Notes: generated by a model from the letters alone, not told the origin. Shown: positions 7,821 through 16,246, counted from the stretch's first letter. The stretch is DNA of 37,526 bases from Acidobacteriota bacterium (GCA_021731095.1 JAKFYA010000033.1:1-37526), one strand, 5' to 3'. A program made the numbers and translations.

Positions 7821-8846
7821 ATGAGGCTCGGCTCCCTGTTTCCCTTTCTGTCCGCTGATCTGGCCATCGATCTCGGCACGGCCAACACCTGCGTCTACTC
7901 GCGCGGGCGCGGCATTGTCGTGAACGAGCCGTCGATTGTGGCGCTCAACAAGAACACGGGCAAGGTGGAAGCGGTCGGTCAGGAGGCCCACGAGATGGTG
8001 GGCAGAACGCCTGGCAACATCGTCGCCATCCGCCCGATGGCAGACGGGGTGATCGCGGACTTCGAGGTCACCGAGAAGATGCTCTCCTACTTCATCAGGA
8101 AGGCCATCCGGCGCACCTTCCTGGTGCGGCCGCGCATCATCATCGGGGTGCCATCGGACATTACCTCGGTCGAGCGCCAGGCCGTGAGGGACACGGCCCT
8201 GCGGGCCAAGGCCCGCGAGGTGTATCTGGTCGAGGAAGCGATGGCCTCCGCCATCGGCGTCGGCCTGCCCATCACCGAGCCGTTCGGCAGCATGGTCGTC
8301 GATATCGGCGGCGGCACCACGGACATTGCCGTGATTTCACTGTCGGGCATCGTCTACAGCCGCGCCATCCGCGTGGCGGGCAACGAGCTGGACGAGGCCA
8401 TCATGCAGTACGTCCGCAAGCGCCATAACCTGCTCATCGGCGAGCGGACGGCGGAGCGGATCAAGATCGAGCTCGGCTCGGCCTATCCGCTGGACGAGCC
8501 GCTCACCATGCAGATCAAGGGGCGCCATCTCCTCCAGGGCGTGCCGCGCACCATTGAAGTGCGCGACGACGAGATTCGCTCTGCCATCGAGGGCCCGCTC
8601 TCGACCATCATCGACGCGGTGCGCGTGGCCCTCGAGCAGGCGCCACCGGAGCTGTCGGGCGACATCTCGGACCGCGGCATTGTCGTGGCCGGCGGCGGCG
8701 CACTGCTGCGTCGGATCGACGCGCGCATCACGGCGGAGACCGGCGTGCCGGTGACCATCGCCGATGAGCCGCTCTGCTCGGTCGTCTACGGCGTCGGCAA
8801 GATGCTCGACGACCTCGACCTGCTCCGCAAGATCACGAACCACTAG
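7821..8846 (+). CDS. mreB: Rod shape-determining actin homologue MreB
   Basis: 341-aa ORF. DLAIDLGTANTCVY (phosphate 1), IRPMADGVIADFEVTE, VVDIGGGTTDIAVISL (phosphate 2) and GIVVAGGGALLRRID (adenosine motif) are all canonical MreB. Confidence 0.95.
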   Translation: MRLGSLFPFLSADLAIDLGTANTCVYSRGRGIVVNEPSIVALNKNTGKVEAVGQEAHEMVGRTPGNIVAIRPMADGVIADFEVTEKMLSYFIRKAIRRTFLVRPRIIIGVPSDITSVERQAVRDTALRAKAREVYLVEEAMASAIGVGLPITEPFGSMVVDIGGGTTDIAVISLSGIVYSRAIRVAGNELDEAIMQYVRKRHNLLIGERTAERIKIELGSAYPLDEPLTMQIKGRHLLQGVPRTIEVRDDEIRSAIEGPLSTIIDAVRVALEQAPPELSGDISDRGIVVAGGGALLRRIDARITAETGVPVTIADEPLCSVVYGVGKMLDDLDLLRKITNH

Positions 8847-9163
8847 GGCCTCGCGGCCCCGTACCTCCACCGGCACTGACGGTGGGGACTGTATCTCACC
8901 GGCACCATCGTTCCGCGATGGAACGACCGCGGCTCGATCGACTGGCACAGCCCTCGGCCCCCTCTTCGGCCCACACCACCGCTTTTCCAGCCGAATGCAC
9001 CTGATCCGGCCGCTCGGCGTTGTACCGAACGGTGTGGCGCACTTCCTGCAATGACACGTCAGGGATTCACCCCTGACGAAGAGGGGCAGGAGAGACGCGC
9101 CCGACCTGAGAGGTCAGGTCGTCGATTGTGGCCAACCCGATCTGGCTGAAAGAGAGAAACACG

Positions 9164-9808
9164 ATGATTCGAGTGCTCATTGCCGACGATCTCGATCTGG
9201 TGCGCGAGGGTGTCAGGGCTCTCCTGGAACGGCACGACGACTTCATGGTGGTCGGCGAGGCGGCCACCGGGGGGGAAGCCATCGAGCTGGCCGGCACCCT
9301 GCTGCCGGATGTGGTGCTGATGGATCTGGCCATGCCCGGCATGTCCGGGCTGGAAGCCATCCAGGTGCTGGCGTCGCAACAGCCTCAGCTGCCTGTCCTG
9401 GCCTTCTCGGCCTACGCCGATGAAAAGCGGATTGGTCGGGCGGTCAGGGCCGGCGCCCGCGGCTATGTCCTGAAGACCGAAGGCGCCGAGGGACTCTGCG
9501 AGGCCATCCGGACCGTCGTCCGTGGAGAGGCGTGGTTCAGCACGGGCGTGCAGTCCACTCTGGAGCGCACCGCTGGCGATCCGACGCTCGCCGCGCTGGA
9601 TCCGCTGGAGCGGCTCAGCCAGCGGCAGCGGCGCGTGCTCCAGTTGATTGCCGAAGGACACAGCAACAGGACCATGGCCGCGACCCTGCGGCTCAGCGAG
9701 AGCACCGTGGACTCGCACCGGACGGAGCTGATGCGCCGCCTCGGTGTGCACGATGTGGCGACGCTGGTACGGTTTGCCTGTCAGGAAGGTCTCGTCAGCC
9801 TCGACTAG
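9164..9808 (+). CDS. NarL/FixJ-family response regulator (REC + LuxR-type HTH), no adjacent kinase
   Basis: ORF-track frame 9128..9808 trimmed to the ATG at 9164 (MIRVLIADDLDLVREG...). It has the phospho-acceptor context VVLMDLAMPGMSG and the C-terminal LuxR HTH LSQRQRRVLQLIAEGHSNRTMAATLRLSESTVDSHRTELMRRLGV. Confidence 0.9.
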   Translation: MIRVLIADDLDLVREGVRALLERHDDFMVVGEAATGGEAIELAGTLLPDVVLMDLAMPGMSGLEAIQVLASQQPQLPVLAFSAYADEKRIGRAVRAGARGYVLKTEGAEGLCEAIRTVVRGEAWFSTGVQSTLERTAGDPTLAALDPLERLSQRQRRVLQLIAEGHSNRTMAATLRLSESTVDSHRTELMRRLGVHDVATLVRFACQEGLVSLD

Positions 9809-9872
9809 GCGGCGTGGCTGAAGGCTGCCCGCGTCGGGCACCGTTGGTGGTCCCAGCTACACTGGTCACGTC

Positions 9873-10934
9873 ATGTTCGACGCCGTCCTCATCGTCTCGT
9901 TCGGCGGCCCGCAGGGGCCCGACGACATCCGTCCCTTTCTGGCGAACGTGCTGCGCGGGCGCCGCGTGGCACCGGAACGGGTCGAGATGGTGGCGCACCA
10001 CTACGAGCACTTTGGGGGGGTCTCGCCCATCACGGCACTGACCCTGCAACAGGCCGACGGCCTGCGCGCGCGGCTGGCGGGCAGTGGGCATCCCCTCCCG
10101 GTTTATGTCGGCATGCGGAACTGGCATCCCCTGCTGCCGGATACCTTCAGACAGATGAGCCGGGACGGCGTCCGCCGCGTCGTGGCGTTCATCACGGCCG
10201 CCCAGCACTCCTTTTCGAGCTGCACGCAGTACAAGCAGAACGTCACTGACGCGCGCGCGGCGCTGCGCGAGGCCGGACTGCCAGACGTCGAGGTGACCTA
10301 CGTCGACAGCTGGTTCGACCACCCGCTCTTCGTACAGACCAACGCGGCGCATGTGGCGGCGGCACGCGCCACCCTGGCCCCGGAGGCGCGCGCGGGCGCC
10401 CGGCTCATCTTCACGGCGCACAGCATTCCCACCGCCATGGCCTCGCTCAGCCGCTACCGCGAGCAGCTGGCACAGGGGGCTGCCCTGGTGGCGGCCGAGG
10501 CGGGGATGACGGACTGGGCGCTTGTCTATCAGAGCCGCAGCGGACGGCCCGAGGATCCATGGCTCGAGCCGGACATCTGCGACTACCTGCGCGCCGAGCA
10601 CGCGACGGGGCTTCGCACGGCCGTCATCTGTCCGCTCGGCTTCGTGTGCGATCACATCGAGGTGCTGTGGGACCTGGATGTCGAGGCGGCCGAGGTCTGC
10701 CGCGAGCTCGGCATCTCCGTGGCACGGGCCGAATCGTGCAACGCCGACGCCCACTTCATCGACATGATGGCGGACATGGTGATGCGCACCATTGCACGCC
10801 ATCGCACACGCCGGCCACTGCCCATCACGGCCATCCCCCAGCCGGCCACTGCTGGCGGGCCCTCCGGGGGACCAGCCTCCGGCCGGCCCTCGGGAGCGCT
10901 GCCAGGCCGGCCAGGCGGGGGCCCCGGCGCCTAG
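9873..10934 (+). CDS. hemH: Ferrochelatase (proto- or coproporphyrin ferrochelatase) with Pro/Gly-rich C-terminal tail
   Basis: 353-aa ORF. LIVSFGGPQGPDDIRPFL, ...HHYEHFGGVSPI, MRNWHP, FTAHSIP and QSRSGRP.DPWLEPD...CPLGFVCDHIEVLWDLD are the conserved ferrochelatase blocks. The last ~45 aa are low complexity (PQPATAGGPSGGPASGRPSGALPGRPGGGPGA). Confidence 0.92.
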   Translation: MFDAVLIVSFGGPQGPDDIRPFLANVLRGRRVAPERVEMVAHHYEHFGGVSPITALTLQQADGLRARLAGSGHPLPVYVGMRNWHPLLPDTFRQMSRDGVRRVVAFITAAQHSFSSCTQYKQNVTDARAALREAGLPDVEVTYVDSWFDHPLFVQTNAAHVAAARATLAPEARAGARLIFTAHSIPTAMASLSRYREQLAQGAALVAAEAGMTDWALVYQSRSGRPEDPWLEPDICDYLRAEHATGLRTAVICPLGFVCDHIEVLWDLDVEAAEVCRELGISVARAESCNADAHFIDMMADMVMRTIARHRTRRPLPITAIPQPATAGGPSGGPASGRPSGALPGRPGGGPGA

Positions 10935-11083
10935 CCCCGAACCGGGATCCGTGCCTGTCCGGACGGCCGTCCGGGCGCCGGACGCCCGGCTGAGCCTGGT
11001 GTCGCCAGGCCGTCCGCGCTGACGGTGCTCCGGCGTCCAACCCGTCGGATCAGCGGAAATATCGCGCAATTAGAGGACTCGAG

Positions 11084-11100
11084 CGACACCACTGGTGTCG
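11084..11100. promoter_or_regulatory. 17-bp perfect palindrome CGACACC-ACT-GGTGTCG, 35 nt upstream of the first gene of the 12-gene operon (candidate operator or leader hairpin)
   Basis: Read directly: cgacacc act ggtgtcg at 11084..11100. It is followed by ...caggcGGGAGcactcATG (SD at 11126-11130, ATG at 11136). Confidence 0.3.
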
Positions 11101-11135
11101 GTATCCCACTTGCACAACAGCAGGCGGGAGCACTC

Positions 11136-11840
11136 ATGTCCATCATCCTGGCCCATCGGGGCAATACGAACGGTCCGCATCCGGCAACCGAGAACTCGGC
11201 CACCGCCATCCGCCATGCCCTCTCGCAGGGGTTCGGCATTGAAATCGACATCAGGCGCGACGCGCGTGGGCGCTTCTACGTCTCTCACGACCCCAGGTCC
11301 ACCGCCGATGGCGCGCCGGCCGAGGACGTGATGCGGCTGCTGCGTGCCCACCCGGGTGCCATGGCCGCGATCAACGTGAAGGAGCTGGGCTACGAAGCCG
11401 AGCTGCTGCAGTTCCTCGACGCCCAGGGCGTCCTGGGCCAGGCCTTCCTGTTCGACATGGAGCTCATCGAGCCGCACGCCGGTGAGACGGCGCGACACCT
11501 GCGCATCTTGCACCCGCGTGTGCGACTCGCAGCCCGGGTCAGCGACCGCGGCGAGTCCATCGAGCGCGCGCTGGCCATTCCTTCGGCCAGCATCATCTGG
11601 CTCGACGAGTTTGACGGCGCGTGGGTCACCGAGGCCGACGTGCGACGGCTGAAGCAGGCCGGTCGCCTGGTGATCGCCGTGTCGCCCGAGCTGCACGGCG
11701 CGGGCCCCGAGGCCACAGGCAACCGCTGGGCCGACTTCATGGCGTGGGGCGTCGATGGACTCTGCACGGACTTCCCGTCTGCCTTCTCGCAAGTGGCGGC
11801 CCGGCTGGCGATGCCGGTGTCGTTCCGGGTGGCGGCATGA
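11136..11840 (+). CDS. Glycerophosphodiester phosphodiesterase (GDPD)-family protein, short form
   Basis: ORF-track frame 11025..11840 trimmed to ATG 11136 (GGGAG SD upstream). ILAHRGN...ENS.TAIRHALSQGFGIEIDIRRDARGRFYVSHD matches the GDPD HR..EN..E.D..HD catalytic N-terminus. Confidence 0.75.
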   Translation: MSIILAHRGNTNGPHPATENSATAIRHALSQGFGIEIDIRRDARGRFYVSHDPRSTADGAPAEDVMRLLRAHPGAMAAINVKELGYEAELLQFLDAQGVLGQAFLFDMELIEPHAGETARHLRILHPRVRLAARVSDRGESIERALAIPSASIIWLDEFDGAWVTEADVRRLKQAGRLVIAVSPELHGAGPEATGNRWADFMAWGVDGLCTDFPSAFSQVAARLAMPVSFRVAA

Positions 11841-12190
11841 AGTTGCGCAAGCTCTCTGACATGACCGGCGGCTGGATGGTCGGCAACTTCGACCCTGTCT
11901 GCTACCGCACCGAAGCATGCGAAGTCGCGTGCAAGCACTACCCCGCCGGGGCCCGTGAAGGGGCGCACGTGCACCGCGTCGCCAGTGAACTCACGCTCAT
12001 TGCCGCGGGCCGCGCGCTGATGAATGGCCGCACGCTCGAGGCTGGCGACATCGTCATGCTCGAGCCGGGCGAGGCCGCCGACTTCCAGACGCTGGAGCCG
12101 ACCACCACGGTGGTTGTGAAGATGCCAAGCGTCATGGGCGACAAATTTCCGGTCGACCCCTCGGTCGTCCGACGCGAGGTCACCGCATGA
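11837..12190 (+). CDS. Small cupin-fold protein
   Basis: ATG 11837 overlaps the upstream stop (ATGA). 117 aa. GAREGAHVHRVASELTLIAAGRALMNGRTLEAGDIVMLEPGE is a cupin motif 1/2-like pattern (H.H....E...G......G......GD). Confidence 0.65.
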   Translation: MKLRKLSDMTGGWMVGNFDPVCYRTEACEVACKHYPAGAREGAHVHRVASELTLIAAGRALMNGRTLEAGDIVMLEPGEAADFQTLEPTTTVVVKMPSVMGDKFPVDPSVVRREVTA

Positions 12191-12846
12191 GCCGCATCTC
12201 CGCTGTGCTGTTTGATCTGGATGGTGTGCTGGTCGACGCGACCGAGTGGCACTACGAAGCGCTCAACCGCGCGCTGCGGCTCTTCGGCTTCGACATCACC
12301 CGCTACGAACATCTGTCGGCCTACAACGGCCTGCCCACGAAGAAGAAGCTCGAGATGCTGAGCGTGGAAAAGGGGCTGCCAGCTCCCATCCACGGCATGC
12401 TCAACCGGCTGAAGCAGGTCTACACCCGCGACGAGATTCTGACGCGGTGCCGGCCGGTGTTCGAGAAGGAGTACATGCTCAGCCGGCTGCGCCGAGACGG
12501 CTACCGGCTGGCAGTCTGCTCGAACTCCATCCGCGAGAGCCTCGAGCTGATGGTGCACCAGTCAGGACTCGACCCCTACGTCGAGTTCCTGGTGAGCAAC
12601 GAAGATGTGCGGGCGCCCAAGCCCGACCCGGAAATCTATCGCACGGCCATGGCGCGCATGGGCGTGTCGCCTGCCGAGACGCTGGTGGTCGAGGATGCCC
12701 CGCACGGGGTGGAGGCGGCCCGACGCTCCGGCGCGCATATCTGTCAGGTGTCCGGCTTCACGGAGGTCGACTACTTCCGTGTCCGCACGGCCATTGATCG
12801 CGCCAACGGCGCCCCCGCAACGATTGTCGAAAGGATGGCAGCGTGA
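12187..12846 (+). CDS. HAD-superfamily (subfamily IA) phosphatase/phosphomutase-like hydrolase
   Basis: ATGA overlap with the cupin gene. It has AVLFDLDGVLVD (DxDG motif I), AVCSNS (motif II), K..PDPEIY (motif III Lys) and VVEDAPHGVEAARRSGA (motif IV). Confidence 0.88.
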   Translation: MSRISAVLFDLDGVLVDATEWHYEALNRALRLFGFDITRYEHLSAYNGLPTKKKLEMLSVEKGLPAPIHGMLNRLKQVYTRDEILTRCRPVFEKEYMLSRLRRDGYRLAVCSNSIRESLELMVHQSGLDPYVEFLVSNEDVRAPKPDPEIYRTAMARMGVSPAETLVVEDAPHGVEAARRSGAHICQVSGFTEVDYFRVRTAIDRANGAPATIVERMAA

Positions 12847-13577
12847 TTCACATCGTCGTACCGATGGGCGGTGAAGGCCGCCAGTTCCAGGAACGTGGCT
12901 ACACGTTCCCCAAACCGCTCGTCGAGGTGGCCGGGCAGCCGCTCATCGAGCTGGTCGTCGAAAATCTCACGCCACTCGGCGAGCACCAGTTCGTCTTCGT
13001 GTGCCGCCATGAGCATGTGGAGAAGTACTCGCTCGATCACGTGCTCGAACTGGCCGCCCCGGGTTGCCGTGTGCTGCCGATGCGCCAGCCGACGGCCGGT
13101 GCCCTGTGCAGCGTCCTGCTCGGCATGGAGCATCTCCAGAACGATGACGAGCTGCTGATTGCCAACGCGGACCAGTGGATTGACGAGCCCATCGACAACT
13201 TCCTGTCGGCCGCCCGTCTGGCCAATCTGGACGGTTCCATCATGACCTTCCCGAACACACACCCCCGCTGGTCCTACGTGCGGACCGAGAACGACCTGGT
13301 GGTGACGGTGGCCGAGAAGCAGCCCATCAGCCGGCAGGCCACGGCGGGCCTGTACTACTTCCGCCACGCCTCCGACTTCCTGGACGCGGCCGAACGGATG
13401 CTGCTGAAGAACGCCACCGTCGCGGGCGAGTTCTATGTCGCGCCGGTCTTCAACGAATTCATTCTCGCCGGCAAACGGGTAGGCACGTTCCACCTGGATG
13501 CCTCGCAGATGCACGGCCTCGGCACGCCCGAGGAAGTGGAACGCTTTGCGGCACGCCTCTTCGAGCGGGCCGCGTAA
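12843..13577 (+). CDS. Sugar-phosphate nucleotidyltransferase-like protein (GT-A fold), paralogue 1
   Basis: GTG 12843 overlaps the HAD stop (GTGA). IVVPMGGEGRQFQERGYTFPKPLVEVAGQPLIE is the G-loop/PKPL signature of NTP_transferase enzymes. It also has ...NADQWID, GEFYVAPVFN and a C-terminal HGLGTPEEVERF (like the W.D.GTPE motif). Confidence 0.75.
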   Translation: MIHIVVPMGGEGRQFQERGYTFPKPLVEVAGQPLIELVVENLTPLGEHQFVFVCRHEHVEKYSLDHVLELAAPGCRVLPMRQPTAGALCSVLLGMEHLQNDDELLIANADQWIDEPIDNFLSAARLANLDGSIMTFPNTHPRWSYVRTENDLVVTVAEKQPISRQATAGLYYFRHASDFLDAAERMLLKNATVAGEFYVAPVFNEFILAGKRVGTFHLDASQMHGLGTPEEVERFAARLFERAA

Positions 13578-13588
13578 CCCGGAGTCTC

Positions 13589-14338
13589 ATGCTGAATATC
13601 GTCCTCCCCATCGCCGGGCGCGGCAGCCGCTTTGCTGACGTCGGCTACACCCAGCCGAAGCCGCTCATCCCGGTGCACGGTCTCCCGATGATCGAGGCAG
13701 TGGTCCGCAATGTGCGACCGCATGCCCCGCATCGTTTCATCTTCGTGGCGCTGCGCGCCCATCTCGATCACCTCGGCATGCGCGAGACGCTGGAGCGCTG
13801 CGCACCTGGCTGCGTCATCGTGCCGGTGGACCAGGTCACCGAGGGTGCGGCGTGCACGGTGCTGCTGGCCAAGGCGCTCATCAACTCGGACGACCCGCTG
13901 ATGCTGGCCAACAGCGACCAGTGGGTCGACATCGACATCAACGACTACCTTGGCGAGATGGACCGTCAGCAGGCCGACGGCCTGATCATGACGATGGACG
14001 CTGACGATCCGAAGTGGTCGTTTGTCGGCCTGACGATCGACGGGCTCGTGACGCGCGTGGTCGAGAAGGAAGTGATCTCGAACGAAGCGACAGTCGGCAT
14101 CTACAACTTCCGGCGCGGCGCGGACTTCGTGCGCGCGGCCGAGCAGATGATTGCCGACGACCTCCGTGTGAATGGCGAGTTCTACGTGGCACCGGCCTAC
14201 AACAGTCTGGTCGCCGAAGGCGCCCGCATCGCGGTCTACAACGTGGGCAGCGAGAACGACGGGATGTATGGCCTCGGCATCCCGACAGACCTCGAGCGCT
14301 TCCTGTCCAACCCGCTCTCGCTCAAGGCGGTCGCCTAG
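13589..14338 (+). CDS. Sugar-phosphate nucleotidyltransferase-like protein (GT-A fold), paralogue 2
   Basis: GGAG SD at 13581-13584. IVLPIAGRGSRFADVGYTQPKPLIPVHGLPMIE, NSDQWVD, GEFYVAPAYN and YGLGIPTDLERF align collinearly with the upstream gene over nearly the full length without gaps (roughly 35-45% identity by eye). Confidence 0.75.
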   Translation: MLNIVLPIAGRGSRFADVGYTQPKPLIPVHGLPMIEAVVRNVRPHAPHRFIFVALRAHLDHLGMRETLERCAPGCVIVPVDQVTEGAACTVLLAKALINSDDPLMLANSDQWVDIDINDYLGEMDRQQADGLIMTMDADDPKWSFVGLTIDGLVTRVVEKEVISNEATVGIYNFRRGADFVRAAEQMIADDLRVNGEFYVAPAYNSLVAEGARIAVYNVGSENDGMYGLGIPTDLERFLSNPLSLKAVA

Positions 14339-14340
14339 CC

Positions 14341-15642
14341 ATGTTCACCGTCGCGCCGCACGCTCCGGTCAGCCGCGTCGATGCGGCCACGCTGGCGTCG
14401 GCGCTGGGGGCCCTTCATGCCCGCACCACCACCGTGGTGGGCTGGGGCTCTGGCAGCGTGTTCGACTACTTCCAGCGGCTGCATCCGGTCAGGCTGGACT
14501 ATCTGGTCGACAGTGATGCCACCCGGTGGGGCTCGTCCCGACTCGGCGTGACGATTCATGCGCCACAACGCCTGCTGGCCGAGGTGGAGGCCACCACGCT
14601 CGTGGTGATTTACTCCTCTGCCTGGCCGGCCATCCAGCAACAACTGGCTCGCCTCGGGCACTTCCTGGCCGTGCCCGCCAGTGCCCTCTTTGCCGACGCC
14701 GCGACACACGCGCGGCTTGAGCACCTCGATTCACTCGGTGCGCAGACGCCGACGCGGCGCGTGCCCACCTCGCGGGACGCCGTCGTCGTGCAAGGACCGG
14801 TGGTGCCAGGCATGACGGAGCGAGTGCTGCGGGCGCTGTCAGCGCTCCACACCAGGAACCGGATCGTGCTGTCAACCTGGGCCGGAACGGACGGGTCGCT
14901 CCTCGACGCGGTGCGCGGCTATGTGGACGACCTGGTGCTGTCGGACGCACCAGCCACGGCAGGCATCCAGAACCGCAACTACCAGCTGGTGTCGACGCGC
15001 GCCGGAGTCGCCCGCGCGATGGCGGCTGGGGCGACCACCATCCTGAAGACCCGCACCGACCTGGCCGTGCTCGCCCCGGCAGTCTTTGACCAGGCGCGCT
15101 GGTGGCTGGCCCGCGCGGGCAGCGATGCCTCGCGCGCGACAGGCCTGTCCGGTCGCCTCATCGTTCCGGCCAGCTACACGCGGAAGTATCTGCTGTATCA
15201 CCCCTCGGACATGGTGATGCTGGGCGCCGCTGAGGACATGGCGCGCTTCTGGAGCGCGCCGCTCGACCCGCGCGACGGAGATCTGCTGACGCCCGAGTGG
15301 CTGCAGCAACCGCTGGCCTCCGTGAATCTGGCGGGCAACCCGGCCGAGAGCTATCTCGGCCTGGCGTTCTGCCGCTCGCTCGGCCGACCGGTCGTGGGTA
15401 CGCTGCGCGACAGCTGGTCGTTCTACCGCGACCTGTTCGCCGTGGTCGACAACGACTGGTTCGACCTGCTCTGGCTGAAGAACCTCTCCATTCCCGATGC
15501 GGCCCTGCGGAGTGGCGTGCGCCAGACCATTGGCCAGCAGTTCTGGACCCGCCTCCAGATGCACGACGCCGCACTCGAAGCCGAACTTGATGCCGTCGAT
15601 CCTGCGTCCCTCTCGCTCGGCGCCCTGGCAGGTGCGGCGTGA
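14341..15642 (+). CDS. Two-domain enzyme: N-terminal NeuD/PglD-N-like Rossmann module + WavE-like (LPS/glycan synthesis) domain
   Basis: ORF-track frame 14014..15642 trimmed to ATG 14341, 2 nt after the upstream stop (the upstream extension overlaps the previous gene). The N-terminus reads VVGWGSGSVFDYF...LDYLVDSDATRWGSS. The remainder (IVLSTWAG.D....., ...ILKTRTDL..., YHPSDMVMLG) resembles my memory of the WavE family. The family call is from recall, not a search. Confidence 0.55.
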   Translation: MFTVAPHAPVSRVDAATLASALGALHARTTTVVGWGSGSVFDYFQRLHPVRLDYLVDSDATRWGSSRLGVTIHAPQRLLAEVEATTLVVIYSSAWPAIQQQLARLGHFLAVPASALFADAATHARLEHLDSLGAQTPTRRVPTSRDAVVVQGPVVPGMTERVLRALSALHTRNRIVLSTWAGTDGSLLDAVRGYVDDLVLSDAPATAGIQNRNYQLVSTRAGVARAMAAGATTILKTRTDLAVLAPAVFDQARWWLARAGSDASRATGLSGRLIVPASYTRKYLLYHPSDMVMLGAAEDMARFWSAPLDPRDGDLLTPEWLQQPLASVNLAGNPAESYLGLAFCRSLGRPVVGTLRDSWSFYRDLFAVVDNDWFDLLWLKNLSIPDAALRSGVRQTIGQQFWTRLQMHDAALEAELDAVDPASLSLGALAGAA

Positions 15643-16244
15643 CCCGCACCGTAGCCACCACGCCGCACGCCCTGCCACTGGTGGCGCGGCGTGGCCTGTG
15701 GGACAAGTTTGCCGGGCCAGGCTCTGCCGAGGCCATCACGCGGGGGTACCGGCGCGGCGTCGCCAGCATCCTGGGGTGCGCGGAGGGTGCGTCACTTCAG
15801 GAGCTCGCCACGCTGGTTGGCAACCCGGTGGTCAACCCCACGCGGCAGCCGCTGTATCTCATGGTCGAGTCCCTGCCCACACACACGACGCCGTTGCGGC
15901 ATCTGGCCGGCTGCGGCGTCGAGACCTTTGCCGTGACCAATGGCATCGAGGGCGGAGCATGGCCGCTTTACCGCTGGACCGGCAACGCCTGGACGCTCGC
16001 GGGTCGCTATGTGCCAGCGTCGATGGCCGGTCACACGCTGAGCACCGCAGACTTCTCGGACGCGGACTATGCACAGCAGGTGGTGTTGACCGAGGCCGCG
16101 AATGTGTCCGGACCCGAGGATGACGCCGCCGACGCCGAACGGCTGGGTGCCCTGCGCGTGCTGGCAGGCCCGCACGCCGTCTTCGTTCGGGTGAGTGACT
16201 TCGTGGAGTTCGACCTGCTCGTGCGGCAGCAGAGGGCAGCCTGA
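15639..16244 (+). CDS. Hypothetical protein (no recognisable motifs)
   Basis: 201-aa ORF whose GTG start overlaps the upstream stop (GTGA). It sits inside the coupled operon, has coding-like composition and no TM segment. Confidence 0.55.
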   Translation: MTRTVATTPHALPLVARRGLWDKFAGPGSAEAITRGYRRGVASILGCAEGASLQELATLVGNPVVNPTRQPLYLMVESLPTHTTPLRHLAGCGVETFAVTNGIEGGAWPLYRWTGNAWTLAGRYVPASMAGHTLSTADFSDADYAQQVVLTEAANVSGPEDDAADAERLGALRVLAGPHAVFVRVSDFVEFDLLVRQQRAA

Positions 16245-16246
16245 GC

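Noticed and set aside
7455-7991. N-terminal 179 codons of the 596-aa ORF 6201..7991
   Set aside because: This part runs antisense straight through the tRNA-Ser(GCU) gene and the mreB start. It is Arg/Gly/Pro-rich with no membrane character, whereas a canonical CPA2 N-terminus begins at the ATG at 7454. It is an artefact of open frames in GC-rich DNA.
10959-10974. 16-nt palindrome CCGGACGGCCGTCCGG just after hemH
   Set aside because: It is a short GC hairpin without a U-tract, and such palindromes arise frequently in GC-rich DNA. At most it is a weak terminator-like structure for hemH, and it is not distinctive enough to call.
9795-11069. Long alternate-frame or antisense ORFs (also e.g. 4746..5981, 18145..19197, 21184..22515, 25500..26582, 31663..32679, 12771..13514, 14872..15678)
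   Set aside because: All lie opposite or out of frame to genes with strong motif support. They are dominated by Arg/Gly/Pro/Ala/His and contain no recognisable motifs. This is the expected shadow-ORF pattern of high-GC DNA.
14014-14340. Upstream extension of ORF 14014..15642 (109 codons)
   Set aside because: It overlaps the 3' third of the second nucleotidyltransferase gene in another frame and is Arg-rich nonsense (RRARDARGREGSDLERSDSRH...). ATG 14341 lies 2 nt after the upstream stop and starts the homologous region.
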